Below, piece after piece: positions 1-9,814 of a stretch of DNA of 34,613 bases. Under the pieces are notes generated by a model that worked only from the letters and a program-made list of their open reading frames with translations, ran no database searches and had not been told where the DNA came from. Source of the DNA: Promethearchaeota archaeon (GTDB lineage Archaea > Asgardarchaeota > Lokiarchaeia > Sigyniarchaeales > SOKP01); contig JBHLOY010000018.1 of the NCBI GenBank assembly GCA_048939995.1, positions 1 to 34,613 of the forward strand, read 5' to 3'. The translations under genes and the position numbers were made by a program. How positions within the stretch are numbered: position 1 is the first letter of the stretch; each line of letters starts with the position of its first letter.

Positions 1-52
1 TCTCTATTATTCGGTTTCATTTATAAATTAGATTACATTCGTATTTAAATAT

Positions 53-68
53 TTCGGTATTAATCGAA
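53..68. promoter_or_regulatory. Inverted repeat TTCG-N8-CGAA, possible transcription-factor operator
   Basis: TTCG gtattaat CGAA. Several more TTCG/TCGA half-sites occur in the very AT-rich 1-210 region upstream of the wHTH regulator. Confidence 0.3.
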
Positions 69-333
69 TAATAGAAACCAGAATCTTCAAAATGATTTTG
101 ATAAATTTAAAATAAAAGCATAAAGTTATATGAATCGATTCGATGTAATTCAACAAAATAATATAGAAGCAAAAATATTTTTAATATAATCGACTTTTTG
201 TTATTCGTATTATTAATAATACTTATAAACTTGAATTGATTCTATTAAAATAAATAAAGAGAAAAAAAGAGGAGTAGTAAGTAATAAAAATTTGTATTTT
301 AACATTCAATAAATTGTCTTAAAGGTAACTGGT

Positions 334-1026
334 ATGGAAGAAAATCAAATAAAACCAACAATAGATATGTCAGTTTTAACAGGGATACGATTACAAATAT
401 GGGGTCTATTAAACGTATATCCTGAATTAAGTTTTACTGAATTAGCGAAAAAATTAGGAAAGTCAAAATCTACAATACATCCTCATTTGCAAAAATTAAT
501 CGAGCTTGGAATTATTGAAATTTCTAAAAGAGAACATATTAGGGCCAATTTAGAGGCCCATTATTATTCTTTAACTCCTGATGCTGATGAAATAACCTCA
601 TTACCCGCTTATGATCTTTCACAAGGTTATAATAAGGAATATGTTCAAAAGACTACTAAATCAGGAAAATCTGTAGTAATTTATATTAGAAGGCTTTTGG
701 ATAATTATCTCAAATTCTTGACATATTTAGAAGAAACAGATTCTGATGAGATTGTAGAAATTAGAAAAGAAATTTATAAAACGGTTGATTATACAAAACT
801 CGATCTTAGTCACTTTTTTGGGGGCCATTTCTTTTTTACTGAGAATCAATGGAAGAGATGGCAAAAACTACTTTTTGAATTAGTTATGGAATTTGAAGAA
901 CAGTGTATCAAGGAGCAAAAGGAAAACCCTAATCAAGAGAAATATATTTATTGGTTTCACATGGGTATACCTGTTAAAATTCTATTTGAAGAATTGGATT
1001 TAAAAAAATTCACAGATAAAAAATAA
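334..1026 (+). CDS. Winged helix-turn-helix transcriptional regulator (ArsR/TrmB-like HTH with helical C-terminal domain)
   Basis: LSFTELAKKLGKSKSTIHPHLQKLIELGII HTH, followed by a wing (HYYSLT). Confidence 0.85.
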   Translation: MEENQIKPTIDMSVLTGIRLQIWGLLNVYPELSFTELAKKLGKSKSTIHPHLQKLIELGIIEISKREHIRANLEAHYYSLTPDADEITSLPAYDLSQGYNKEYVQKTTKSGKSVVIYIRRLLDNYLKFLTYLEETDSDEIVEIRKEIYKTVDYTKLDLSHFFGGHFFFTENQWKRWQKLLFELVMEFEEQCIKEQKENPNQEKYIYWFHMGIPVKILFEELDLKKFTDKK

Positions 1027-1057
1027 AAACATACTCTTTTTATTTCAAGCTGAAAAA

Positions 1058-1327
1058 GTAAGTAAGACGATCACTCTTATTATTAATAGAAGTCCTTATG
1101 GTGATGAATATGCATTCAATGCGATACAATTAGCCACAGCACTCTTGCTTGAACGAGTTAAATTAAACATATTTTTATTAGGAGAAGATGATTATATTGC
1201 TGTAAAAAATCAAAAACCATCTAAAAGTGCAACCAATATTGAAGAAATTCTAAAAAAATTCATTATTAATCGAGCTGAAAATAGAGTATGTGGTTTATGC
1301 GCAATAAACTCTGGTTACAGAGAGTAA
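1058..1327 (+). pseudogene. DsrE/YchN-family sulfur-relay protein, truncated
   Basis: The frame of ORF 1145 extends upstream as (GTA)SKTITLIINRSPYGDEYAFNAIQLATALL...NIFLLGED...VCGLCAINSG. There is no ATG, and it stops about 25-30 aa before the usual DsrE C-terminus. Confidence 0.7.
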
Positions 1328-1371
1328 GCAAACACTTAATTTATAATAAAAATTAAAAAAATAGAAGAAAA

Positions 1372-1794
1372 ATGAGATTCTTATCGTTTCATGTGGATTA
1401 TTTTCGGCATAATATAACAAAAAAAGGTCGTTCTAAGATTATTGAGGAAATTACAGAAGAAAATAAAGAAAATCAGGTTAAAAACGCATTAGTTCTTTTT
1501 GTAAGTATGGAGAAGTCAGATGAAGCAAAAGCTGAGATACTAGAAAAAGGTACAAATGAAATAGAAAAAATAATTAAGCAACTAAAGATCTCAAATGTAG
1601 TAATCATACCATTTGCTCATCTTTTTGGTCAACTTAGTACCTTAGAGTTCGCCTTTGAGTCTTTTAAAAAAATCGAATCAATGCTGATTTTAAAAGGTTA
1701 TTCAGTACTTCGCCTCCCTTTTGGATGGTTTAATGAATTGGAAATGAAGGCTAAAGGGCATCCCCTTTCCAGAATCTCAAGAATCATCCAATAA
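1372..1794 (+). CDS. Free-standing archaeal threonyl-tRNA synthetase editing domain (DTD-like fold)
   Basis: MRFLSFHVDYF, IPFAHL and PFGWF...KGHPLSRISR match the ThrRS editing-domain motifs (MRILLIHSDY, YPYAHL, PFG(W/Y)YK...KGHPLAELSR). Confidence 0.88.
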   Translation: MRFLSFHVDYFRHNITKKGRSKIIEEITEENKENQVKNALVLFVSMEKSDEAKAEILEKGTNEIEKIIKQLKISNVVIIPFAHLFGQLSTLEFAFESFKKIESMLILKGYSVLRLPFGWFNELEMKAKGHPLSRISRIIQ

Positions 1795-1832
1795 TCAACT
1801 GGAATTACAATTTAGCTAAAGAACTGACATAT

Positions 1833-2003
1833 GAGACTGAACATTTAATCTTCCTCAAAGTACTCATTGAGGAGGGAAAGCTGAAGTCGGTCATAGATAG
1901 ATGTTATCTATTGGACCAGATTACTGAGACTCACCAGTATGTTGTAAAAGGGCATAAAAAAGGGAATGTGGTAAAAATTGTGAAACATAACAAAAAGACT
2001 TAA
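1833..2003 (+). pseudogene. C-terminal remnant of an MDR-family NAD(P)-dependent alcohol dehydrogenase/quinone reductase
   Basis: Translates as ETEHLIFLKVLIEEGKLKSVIDRCYLLDQITETHQYVVKGHKKGNVVKIV*, the typical MDR tail (LIEAGKLKxVIDRxYPLEQIAEAHxYVEKGHKKGNVV). No N-terminal part is present. Confidence 0.75.
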
Positions 2004-2362
2004 TAAATTAAGTGGAATTAACTAGAAAATTTCACAAAGTACAGTTTCTAAAGTTTTAGGATTCGGAATCTTAATCTGGATCAAGACAATCAATTATGAT
2101 CCTTGAGTACATTTATTCTAAGAATAAGCTTTAAGAGAATTTTATAAAATTTTCCAGATAATTTAAAAAAATTTATATAAATGTTTTTTCTTTATTTGTA
2201 AGGATAAGGATATATTAACCTATATAATTAAGAATTTGCGGTAATTTGCTTCAATTTTTATTAATTTAAATTAAATGAGATGAAACAACAACGATAAGAA
2301 AAGAAGATTTTAAAAGTAAAAAAAACCGTTGTTTCATTTTCTTTATACTTATCTTTAGCATA

Positions 2363-5300
2363 ATGTTAATTATTTTCCTCCCAAACAGTCGTAATAATAT
2401 GATAAATTCTGAGAATTTAATGGATGATACAAAATTCTTAATAAAAACGTCTTCAAGTGGTCCTCCTCATAAACAGTTTTTCAAATATTATAAAACAATA
2501 ACAATTGACCATAACGAAGTAATTGGAATGGGGATTCATAAGAATTTTCCCATTTTAATTTCTATTAATGATTCAGATTTATACTATCATGCGCAATCAG
2601 ATGGGGATGATATTGCATTTGCTAATGATACTGTTTGGTTGGATCATGAAATAGAACTCTTTAATCCGGTTTATAACAGCACTTATGTACAGTTAATTGT
2701 TTGGATTCGAATTCCGAATCTTCATACATCAATAGATACTGTGATTTACATGTATTATGGAAATTCAACTATGGGACCTCAGGAAAATCCAGAGGATGTT
2801 TGGGGTTCTAATTTTAAAGGTGTTTGGCATTTAAGTGAGGATCCTTCTGGCCCACCCCCTCAGATGAAAGAAAGTTCATCAAATAATAATCATGGGATTG
2901 CAGTTAATTTAGATCCAGATGATCAGGTAAACGGACAAATTGATGGAAGTATTGATTTTGATAGTGGCATAAAAGATTTTATTTATTGCGGAGATAATGG
3001 TTCATTAAACATGGGTAAAGGTAATTTTTCATTATCTTTATGGTTTAAATATGATGGTGTTAATGATGGATTTCTTGCTGCAAAAGGAGCATTCATTAGT
3101 GGAATAAGATATTCAATTTGGATTACTGCCATGGATAGACTTAGGGGAGAAATTAATGACGGTACAATAAGTAAATATATTGAAACGAGTTTCCCTGTGG
3201 ATGATAATATATGGCATCATGTTGTTTTAGTAAAAGATTGGTATTTTCTCCGACTATACCTTGATGGTTATGAATACGCACTTTCCCCAATCCCTGTTTA
3301 TGGATCTCTTGATAATCCAGAACCATTTTATATAAACGCTATAACAGACTTTCCTGGTGGTTCGCCTTCTAGTTCTTCTAGTGCTAGCTTAGATGAGGTT
3401 AGGGTTTCTAACTCAGCTTGTTCAGCTGGGTGGGTTACTACTGAATACAACAATCAATATGATCCCTTAAATTTCTTTACTATAGATTCAGAATTAATAG
3501 TTGACAATCTACCCCCTAATTATTCAAATCTAATAGAAAGTGCTGATCCAATAGAATTAGGAGATATAGAAGTTATTAGCATAAATGTCACCGATCCTTC
3601 TGGCATTAACCAAGTTAAAATCGAATTTGAAAGCTTGAACCATACAATGTCAAATATTGGTGGAGATACATGGCAGTATGATTCTTGGACTCCATCTAGT
3701 GTTGGTAATTACTCATATACGATATGGATGGAAGATAATTGTCATAATTGGAATTCTACAATAGGATCGATTGAAGTTATTGATAGTACTCCACCAGCCT
3801 ATTCAAATTTAATTGAAAGCGCGGATCCTTTACAATTAGGGCAAAATGAAAGTATATCTATCAAGGTTTACGACTCTCCAGGTTCTGGAGTAAATCAAGT
3901 TCTTTTAGAATATGCAAATACTCCTTCTGGAACATACTTCAATCATACAATGAGGTTAATCAGTGGAAACACATGGAGCTGGAGTAATTGGAAGCCTTTA
4001 CTCGGAGGAGATTATCTGTATAAAGTCTATATGCAAGATATGGAGGATAATTGGAATATAACAACAGGAATAATCACGGTCATATCAACTACAGCACCAT
4101 TTATAGAAAATCTTACCGAAAGTGTGGATCCGTTAGAATTAGGGGATAACATCACAATAACCGTGGATGTATATGATATTGAGACCAGTGTATCAACTGT
4201 ATTCATTGAATTGGAAGGAATAAATAATACAATGGCCTATATTGGCGGATATTCTTATGAATATACCTGGACGCGATCTTTAGTTGGAACTGTTAATTAT
4301 GAAATATATGCAAATGATACAGATAATAACTGGAATTCATTAAGTGATACTTTCGATATTGTAGATACAACACCACCCGCTTTTTCAGGCCTTGCTAAGA
4401 GTGAAGATCCCTTAGAATTTGGGGATACAATAATTATATCAGTAAATTCTACTGATTTATCAGATATTAACCAAGTTCTAATCGAATTCGAAAATTTCAA
4501 TCACTCGATGACAAATATAGAAGGAAATATGTGGCAATATGATCTTTGGAGTCCATCTACCACTGGAATTTTGGCTTTTACGATATGGGCACAAGATAAT
4601 AATAATAATTGGAATTTCTATAGTGATTCAATTTTGGTTCAAGATACAATACCCCCTATGTATTCAGATCTATTTGAAAGCGTTAATCCTGTTGAGTTGG
4701 GGTCTCCATTGACTATTTCAATTAATTGTACTGATTTAGCTAACATAAAAGGTGTTTCAATAGAATATCAAAATGCTAACCACACTATGATAAATATAGG
4801 TGGTGATATATGGCAGTATAGTTCTTGGATACCAAATTCAATAGGTAATTATTCTTATACAATTTATATAATTGATAATAATGATAATTTGAATTATCTT
4901 AGTAGTTCAATATTATTTCAAGACACTGTTATCCCCATCTATTCTAATATGTATGAAAGTGCTGATCCTTTAGAGTTAGGGGACAATCAGATTATTAGAC
5001 TAAATGTCTATGATTTTGCTGGAATTAATCAATCCTTAATAGAATTCGAAGGAACGAATCATTCTATGATAAATATTTATGGAGACACATGGCAATTTGA
5101 TACATGGATACCAAATAACTGGATTTTTTATCAATACAGAATCCATATGGAAGATAAGAGTGGTAACTGGAATATTTTAAAAGGTAACATTACAGTTCAA
5201 GATACAATACCTCCATCACCTCCTATTTTTGTAAGTAACAATCAAGGAGAAGTGGTTTTACCCATTATTTTTGATTGGATGGATGGTAATGATCCATCTG

Positions 5301-6319
5301 GAATATCTATGTATAGATTGATTATAGATAATGAAATAGATCCTTTTGCTACACCTGGATTTGTGTTTGATATAAATATTACAAATATCGGTCCATCAGG
5401 TAGTTATTATGAATATACAGGACCTCTTCAACCCGGAACTTATTACTTCTGCTTGTATCAAATTGATGGGGCAGGACATCAGAGTTCTGCTTCAATGGGT
5501 AGTTTTTCTATAAGATCGAGTTCTCAACCTTTTCCTATTTGGATAATTCTTATTTCTATATTAATAATATCTGTATTGGCTTCTTTAACTGTTAGATCTT
5601 ATGTACTATTACCTAGGAAAAGAAGGAAGGAATCTGAATTATTAGCAAGAACACAAAGATTTAAAGATCTTAAAAATATTCAAGCAATAATAATAATCCA
5701 GAAGTTAAGTGGGGTACCAATCTTTTCAAAAAGTTATTCAATCTTAGAGAAGAATCAAAATGAACTTTTTTCAGGATTCATTCAAGCAATCACCATGATA
5801 AGTGAAGAATTTTCCGAAAATGAATCAGTTGATACTGAGATGGGTGAAAAAATTATAGAATTAGATCTTAAACATTTCAAGTGTCTTATTACTGACGAGG
5901 GAGATGTCAGAGTTGCATTTGTTCTTAAGCAGAAACATTCTGAAAGATTAAAGCGTCAAATTAGAGCATTTACTATAGCATTAAATCTAAATCTTTTTGA
6001 AGAATTAGAAAATTGGGATGGTTCTTTAGATAAATTTCGAACTTTAATTCCTTCAATATTAAATGAGTATTTTGAGCTATATTATAAAGGGCTTTTTACT
6101 ATTACAGACACAGCAGCAAGAGCGAAAATATGTAAAAACCATGAATTAAGCTCTATGGAAAAACACATTTTAAGTATCATTGATTCGATAATGAAAGATG
6201 AAACATCATTTTATTTGGATAAAATCCTTGAATTATTGGTTGAGAAGAATGAAAATTCAGTTATTGATGCTCTTGAATCTTTAATTAAAACAGAACTCAT
6301 TTCGCCCATGGAAAATTAA
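2363..6319 (+). CDS. Large single-pass surface glycoprotein: DUF2341 + LamG-like domain + six Ig-like repeats + FN3-like domain + TM helix + cytoplasmic longin-like and wHTH-like domains
   Basis: DGDDIAF...LDHEIE...WIRIP...IYMYYGN (DUF2341); GVWHLSE...WHHVVLV...LYLDG...LDEVRVS (LamG); about 93-aa repeats; many N-x-S/T sequons; hydrophobic helix at about 5531-5610 followed by RKRRK; LFSGFIQAI in the tail. The true start may be upstream (in-frame signal peptide from about 2294). Confidence 0.85.
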   Translation: MLIIFLPNSRNNMINSENLMDDTKFLIKTSSSGPPHKQFFKYYKTITIDHNEVIGMGIHKNFPILISINDSDLYYHAQSDGDDIAFANDTVWLDHEIELFNPVYNSTYVQLIVWIRIPNLHTSIDTVIYMYYGNSTMGPQENPEDVWGSNFKGVWHLSEDPSGPPPQMKESSSNNNHGIAVNLDPDDQVNGQIDGSIDFDSGIKDFIYCGDNGSLNMGKGNFSLSLWFKYDGVNDGFLAAKGAFISGIRYSIWITAMDRLRGEINDGTISKYIETSFPVDDNIWHHVVLVKDWYFLRLYLDGYEYALSPIPVYGSLDNPEPFYINAITDFPGGSPSSSSSASLDEVRVSNSACSAGWVTTEYNNQYDPLNFFTIDSELIVDNLPPNYSNLIESADPIELGDIEVISINVTDPSGINQVKIEFESLNHTMSNIGGDTWQYDSWTPSSVGNYSYTIWMEDNCHNWNSTIGSIEVIDSTPPAYSNLIESADPLQLGQNESISIKVYDSPGSGVNQVLLEYANTPSGTYFNHTMRLISGNTWSWSNWKPLLGGDYLYKVYMQDMEDNWNITTGIITVISTTAPFIENLTESVDPLELGDNITITVDVYDIETSVSTVFIELEGINNTMAYIGGYSYEYTWTRSLVGTVNYEIYANDTDNNWNSLSDTFDIVDTTPPAFSGLAKSEDPLEFGDTIIISVNSTDLSDINQVLIEFENFNHSMTNIEGNMWQYDLWSPSTTGILAFTIWAQDNNNNWNFYSDSILVQDTIPPMYSDLFESVNPVELGSPLTISINCTDLANIKGVSIEYQNANHTMINIGGDIWQYSSWIPNSIGNYSYTIYIIDNNDNLNYLSSSILFQDTVIPIYSNMYESADPLELGDNQIIRLNVYDFAGINQSLIEFEGTNHSMINIYGDTWQFDTWIPNNWIFYQYRIHMEDKSGNWNILKGNITVQDTIPPSPPIFVSNNQGEVVLPIIFDWMDGNDPSGISMYRLIIDNEIDPFATPGFVFDINITNIGPSGSYYEYTGPLQPGTYYFCLYQIDGAGHQSSASMGSFSIRSSSQPFPIWIILISILIISVLASLTVRSYVLLPRKRRKESELLARTQRFKDLKNIQAIIIIQKLSGVPIFSKSYSILEKNQNELFSGFIQAITMISEEFSENESVDTEMGEKIIELDLKHFKCLITDEGDVRVAFVLKQKHSERLKRQIRAFTIALNLNLFEELENWDGSLDKFRTLIPSILNEYFELYYKGLFTITDTAARAKICKNHELSSMEKHILSIIDSIMKDETSFYLDKILELLVEKNENSVIDALESLIKTELISPMEN
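3503..5200 (+). repeat. Six tandem intragenic Ig-like repeats (279-nt period, one unit 303 nt)
   Basis: Units begin at 3503, 3782, 4085, 4364, 4643 and 4922, with consensus DTxPPxYSxLxESxDPLELGDxxxISINVxDxSGINQVxIEFExxNHTMxNIGGDxWQYDxWxP...GxYxYxIxMxDxxxNWN. Confidence 0.9.
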
Positions 6320-6398
6320 TTTAATGTAATCGTTTCATGGAATAAGAATGGCTTTATTTTTTTTTATTTTACTTCTTTTTATTATTATGATGTCCAAG

Positions 6399-6710
6399 CT
6401 ATACTTTCTTAGGAAATGTCCTCAATCTAAGAATAGCTTCATCCCCCTTAGCCCAATTTCTCAGATTAGCCAATCTTTCACCATGATCACCATGTTCTGG
6501 ATCATCGAATGCTTGTTGAAGCTCCGTACAGGGTAGATCTGGGCAAAAATCGCAATGAAGATAACCTTTATCATGACAACATTTTGCTACCTTACACTCT
6601 CCCCTAAACATTTCACCTTTACATTTTTGGCATCCCAAGCAGTTAGTTTTCTCTTTCCATTCGCATATTCCACAATATGCTCCACACATTACTATTAGTT
6701 TTTTATTCAT
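6399..6710 (-). CDS. DUF3795-family cysteine-rich protein
   Basis: CGAYCGIC...CLGC...CKVAKCC...HCDFCPDLPC pattern. Confidence 0.85.
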   Translation of the reverse strand: MNKKLIVMCGAYCGICEWKEKTNCLGCQKCKGEMFRGECKVAKCCHDKGYLHCDFCPDLPCTELQQAFDDPEHGDHGERLANLRNWAKGDEAILRLRTFPKKV

Positions 6711-6879
6711 TAGTCAAGAACACTTCTTTTAGTTATAGTTGGGTAATATTTACTTATATAATTATATAATTGATTAATTAAAATCTAAAGAAGTTTATCT
6801 CTACAAGCATTTAAATTAAAAAAAGAGATTATATAAAAATATTCTTTAACTATTAAGTCTAAAATAATATGTGATCTCT

Positions 6880-7662
6880 ATGTCAATAAGAAGAAAGAAT
6901 TTTATAGGTTTTATTATAGGAACTTTTTTCGTAGCAGGGATATCTGGCGGTTTTATTGGTTACATCTTCCCAAGAATAATAGAAGAGGGTGTGTTTAATG
7001 TTTCTATTGACGGTAATTTTAACGCAGGCGAAGGTTGGCAATACTCTGATTGGCAATTTATAGAATATTTGTTAGTTGACAATGAAGATTTGAATACCCA
7101 TAATTTTTTTTATATTCATCTAGCACCAAACTCACTTTATATTTTAATAGATTTTGCTAGTGATATTACTAATGATACAACTGATGAGTTTCTATCAGTA
7201 TGGATTGATACAGATAATTCCTTGTCTGAATTTCCTACTGATGAATCTTGGAATAGCCAAATAACAAATCCAGGACAAGAACTTTTATGTTTTATACCAG
7301 AGGCAGGAACCATTAATGATACACTATATATCGCTGATCTTGTATTTCCAGTAAACGATCTTATATATTTAACAACCTTAAATGAATCAAACTCTATAGT
7401 TAAATTTGGTTTTCAATCTTCAATAAATTCACCGTATTTACATCGAATTTTTGAAATAGAAATAGATAGAGCTGCTCTAAGGGGATTAAATTCTACTAAT
7501 TTTAATTTTGGTTTTTTAGGCTATGGAACAGTTTACATTCCAATCTATACTGAACTCGGTATTTGGGGTGCTCCAACCCTTTTCGTTTCAGATTTCTATG
7601 ATCGTAGTCGATGGATAAGAGAACAAACTTTCTTTAAATGTGGGTATGGTGTTGAAATGTGA
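6880..7662 (+). CDS. Membrane-anchored secreted protein (possible carbohydrate-binding beta-sandwich)
   Basis: N-terminal RRK plus TM helix; IDG..., WIDTDN and FEIEID motifs; N-glycosylation sequons. ATG at 6880 follows a GTGAT SD-like sequence. Confidence 0.7.
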   Translation: MSIRRKNFIGFIIGTFFVAGISGGFIGYIFPRIIEEGVFNVSIDGNFNAGEGWQYSDWQFIEYLLVDNEDLNTHNFFYIHLAPNSLYILIDFASDITNDTTDEFLSVWIDTDNSLSEFPTDESWNSQITNPGQELLCFIPEAGTINDTLYIADLVFPVNDLIYLTTLNESNSIVKFGFQSSINSPYLHRIFEIEIDRAALRGLNSTNFNFGFLGYGTVYIPIYTELGIWGAPTLFVSDFYDRSRWIREQTFFKCGYGVEM

Positions 7663-8018
7663 AAATATATAGAGTAATTGTAAATCTAAATTTAAAATTT
7701 CTTTTATTTTATTGATTATTTAACTATATTTTACGATTTCAATGCGATCTTTGTTCTTATCTAATACCATAAGATACAAAATCATTTTTAATATTTTTTA
7801 ATTTATTGTCCTTATTTTCATACTAGGATACGTATGGGATTTATTCTAGTAGTCATAAATAATAGACTGATGAAGATTAATGGAAATTTAATTAGTATTG
7901 TAAGAATCATAGTTGAGCCTGGGGAGTCTGTTGGAGGTACTGAAAGGTTGAAATTGAAAGAGGAAAATGAAAATACTGCTAATAAAATTCCAGGTATTAA
8001 GATCAATAAATTAATATT

Positions 8019-8108
8019 AATAGTTAACCCTGTTTTATCTACCAATATGACTTTTTTAATTCCGTTTTCTGACTTAAAAATTTTGTTTAAGATCCTTTCA
8101 AGACTTAA
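8019..8108 (-). pseudogene. N-terminal remnant of a roadblock/LC7-family protein
   Basis: (TTA)SLERILNKIFKSENGIKKVILVDKTGLTI fits the roadblock alpha1-beta1-beta2 start, then runs into unrelated hydrophobic sequence. Confidence 0.6.
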
Positions 8109-8197
8109 AGTAGCTAAACTGATATTATTACACCAATTATGAGGTGATAATATATAAGATAAACTCATTAAAATGCTTTAATGTTAAAAATGCATTA

Positions 8198-8335
8198 TTA
8201 AAAGTTTACAAGTGCTACAGCTTTAGCAGAGAGGTGATCCCTACGATTTTCATCAACAGGTGGTTTATCCAATAGGAAACCATCGAGAATTACCATTAAC
8301 TCATCTTCGACTCGTTTTAGAATCCATCTGATTAA
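8198..8335 (-). pseudogene. Probable C-terminal remnant of a roadblock/LC7-family protein
   Basis: LIRWILKRVEDELMVILDGFLLDKPPVDENRRDHLSAKAVALVNF* resembles the roadblock last helix (GLIRLxLKRxxxELxxIL). There is no intact upstream frame. Confidence 0.45.
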
Positions 8336-8423
8336 CTATTATTCAGGTAAAAACTGACATCAAGAACATTTTAATGATAAAGATTACTAGAAAACTTACT
8401 TTTCATGTTTTAATGAAATTTTA

Positions 8424-9173
8424 ATGATAGAGATGACTGAAGAAAGCTCAAGTCAACATTCGTTAGTTAAATCTATTTTTCTACACCTATTTCCAGGAAT
8501 GGCAATAACTATATTTGTATTAAGTTTTACACCATTCTTATTGACAATCGGGTTAACGCCTGAATTTGGTTTGTTATTTGGTTTTATTCTTATTGGAGAA
8601 CCTTTTCAAATTGGTTATATGTTATATTTAGCTAAGAGAAAAAATCGTAAAATTTCATTACAAGGAATTATCATGAATCGAGAACCACAGACAAAAAGAA
8701 ATTATTTTGCTACCCCTATCTTTATTGTAGCGGTGATTTTTATAATTAGTGCTATTACAACTCCAATAAATATCGTTTTGGCTAATACATTATTTTCTTG
8801 GCTTCCTGAATGGTTATTAGATTCAAATCCTTTACTTTATACAAGCTCATTTTTAGTAATACAAATGCTTTTTATATTTCAACTTATCGTTGATGGAATT
8901 ATTAATCCCATTATAGAAGAATTCTACTGGAGAGGATTTTTATTACCAAGGTTATCTAGATATGGTGTTTATTCAGTATTGATAAGTGGGTTCTTAATAG
9001 CGATTCAACATTTCTGGCAGATATATAATATCATCTTTATGATTCCAATAAGTTTATTATTGTCCTTTATTGTTTACCGTTATAGAAATGTATATTTATC
9101 GATCATAGCTCACTGTTCAATTAATATAATAAGCATATTGGTATTCTACTTGGGGATATTTTCGAATTTTTAA
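8424..9173 (+). CDS. CPBP/Abi (CAAX protease-like) intramembrane metalloprotease
   Basis: EEFYWRG, FLIAIQH and AHCSIN motifs; multiple TM helices. Confidence 0.92.
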   Translation: MIEMTEESSSQHSLVKSIFLHLFPGMAITIFVLSFTPFLLTIGLTPEFGLLFGFILIGEPFQIGYMLYLAKRKNRKISLQGIIMNREPQTKRNYFATPIFIVAVIFIISAITTPINIVLANTLFSWLPEWLLDSNPLLYTSSFLVIQMLFIFQLIVDGIINPIIEEFYWRGFLLPRLSRYGVYSVLISGFLIAIQHFWQIYNIIFMIPISLLLSFIVYRYRNVYLSIIAHCSINIISILVFYLGIFSNF

Positions 9174-9344
9174 ACATAAATACCAGAAACGGTTGTAAAC
9201 GAACGAAAAATCCATCCTCACTTAATAGGTAAAATACAAGGTGAGTAAATTACAATAAATTTATTTGAATTTAGATTGAAAAGATATTATTTAAATAAAT
9301 TTTTAGATTTCTTATATTAAATAAAATTTCACGTGATAAATGCT

Positions 9345-9806
9345 ATGAAAACGATAACCTTAACGATCTTTGCCCCAGATCCCGAGAAAACGCATTCAAA
9401 AGGAGTCAATTATGTCCTTGAGATGGATGATGCTGGATCGATCATTGATGCTTTAAGCCAGATTGATAAAAATATGATGGAACATCCTGAAAAATCCGTA
9501 TTTCCCTTATATGAAGACTTAATTCATAGTTATCTCCAACTTATTTGGGATATTGAAGAGAATAAGATTTATGATGATTGTGGTGTCGATGCATATGGGC
9601 CTAACAAAGAATTTATGCCTTTAAGGAGCAATGTTAACTTTAGTCTGATACCGGATTCTGACATTACAATTATAGTTCATGCTGATTGATGAGCTGATAA
9701 TATGAAAGAACGGCTAGATTTTGGAACATTTAAGAGAATCATTCGAAATAAATATGGAAAAGATAATGAAACATTTGCTCACTATTTTAGTTTAAAAAGA
9801 AAATAA
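9345..9806 (+). CDS. Ubiquitin/MoaD-like beta-grasp protein; candidate selenoprotein with tandem Sec (UU at codons 115-116), 153 aa (114 aa if the first TGA is a stop)
   Basis: The ORF track stops at TGA 9687-9689. The next codon is also TGA (9690-9692), then 37 sense codons run to TAA 9804-9806, followed by a SECIS-like hairpin. The coding call for 9345-9686 is solid; readthrough is inferred. Confidence 0.65.
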
Positions 9807-9814
9807 TTTAAAAA

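Noticed and set aside
7834-8142. 102-aa plus-strand ORF
   Set aside because: Antisense to the roadblock-like remnant; no recognisable features.
9687-9692. TGA reassigned genome-wide (e.g. to Gly or Trp), or GGA-GGA mutated to TGA-TGA
   Set aside because: TGA is an ordinary stop for many genes here (7662, 12153, 15964, 18236, 21861, 28235, 30030, 32332). Two separate G-to-T changes would also not explain the SECIS-like hairpin. Not fully excluded without homologues.
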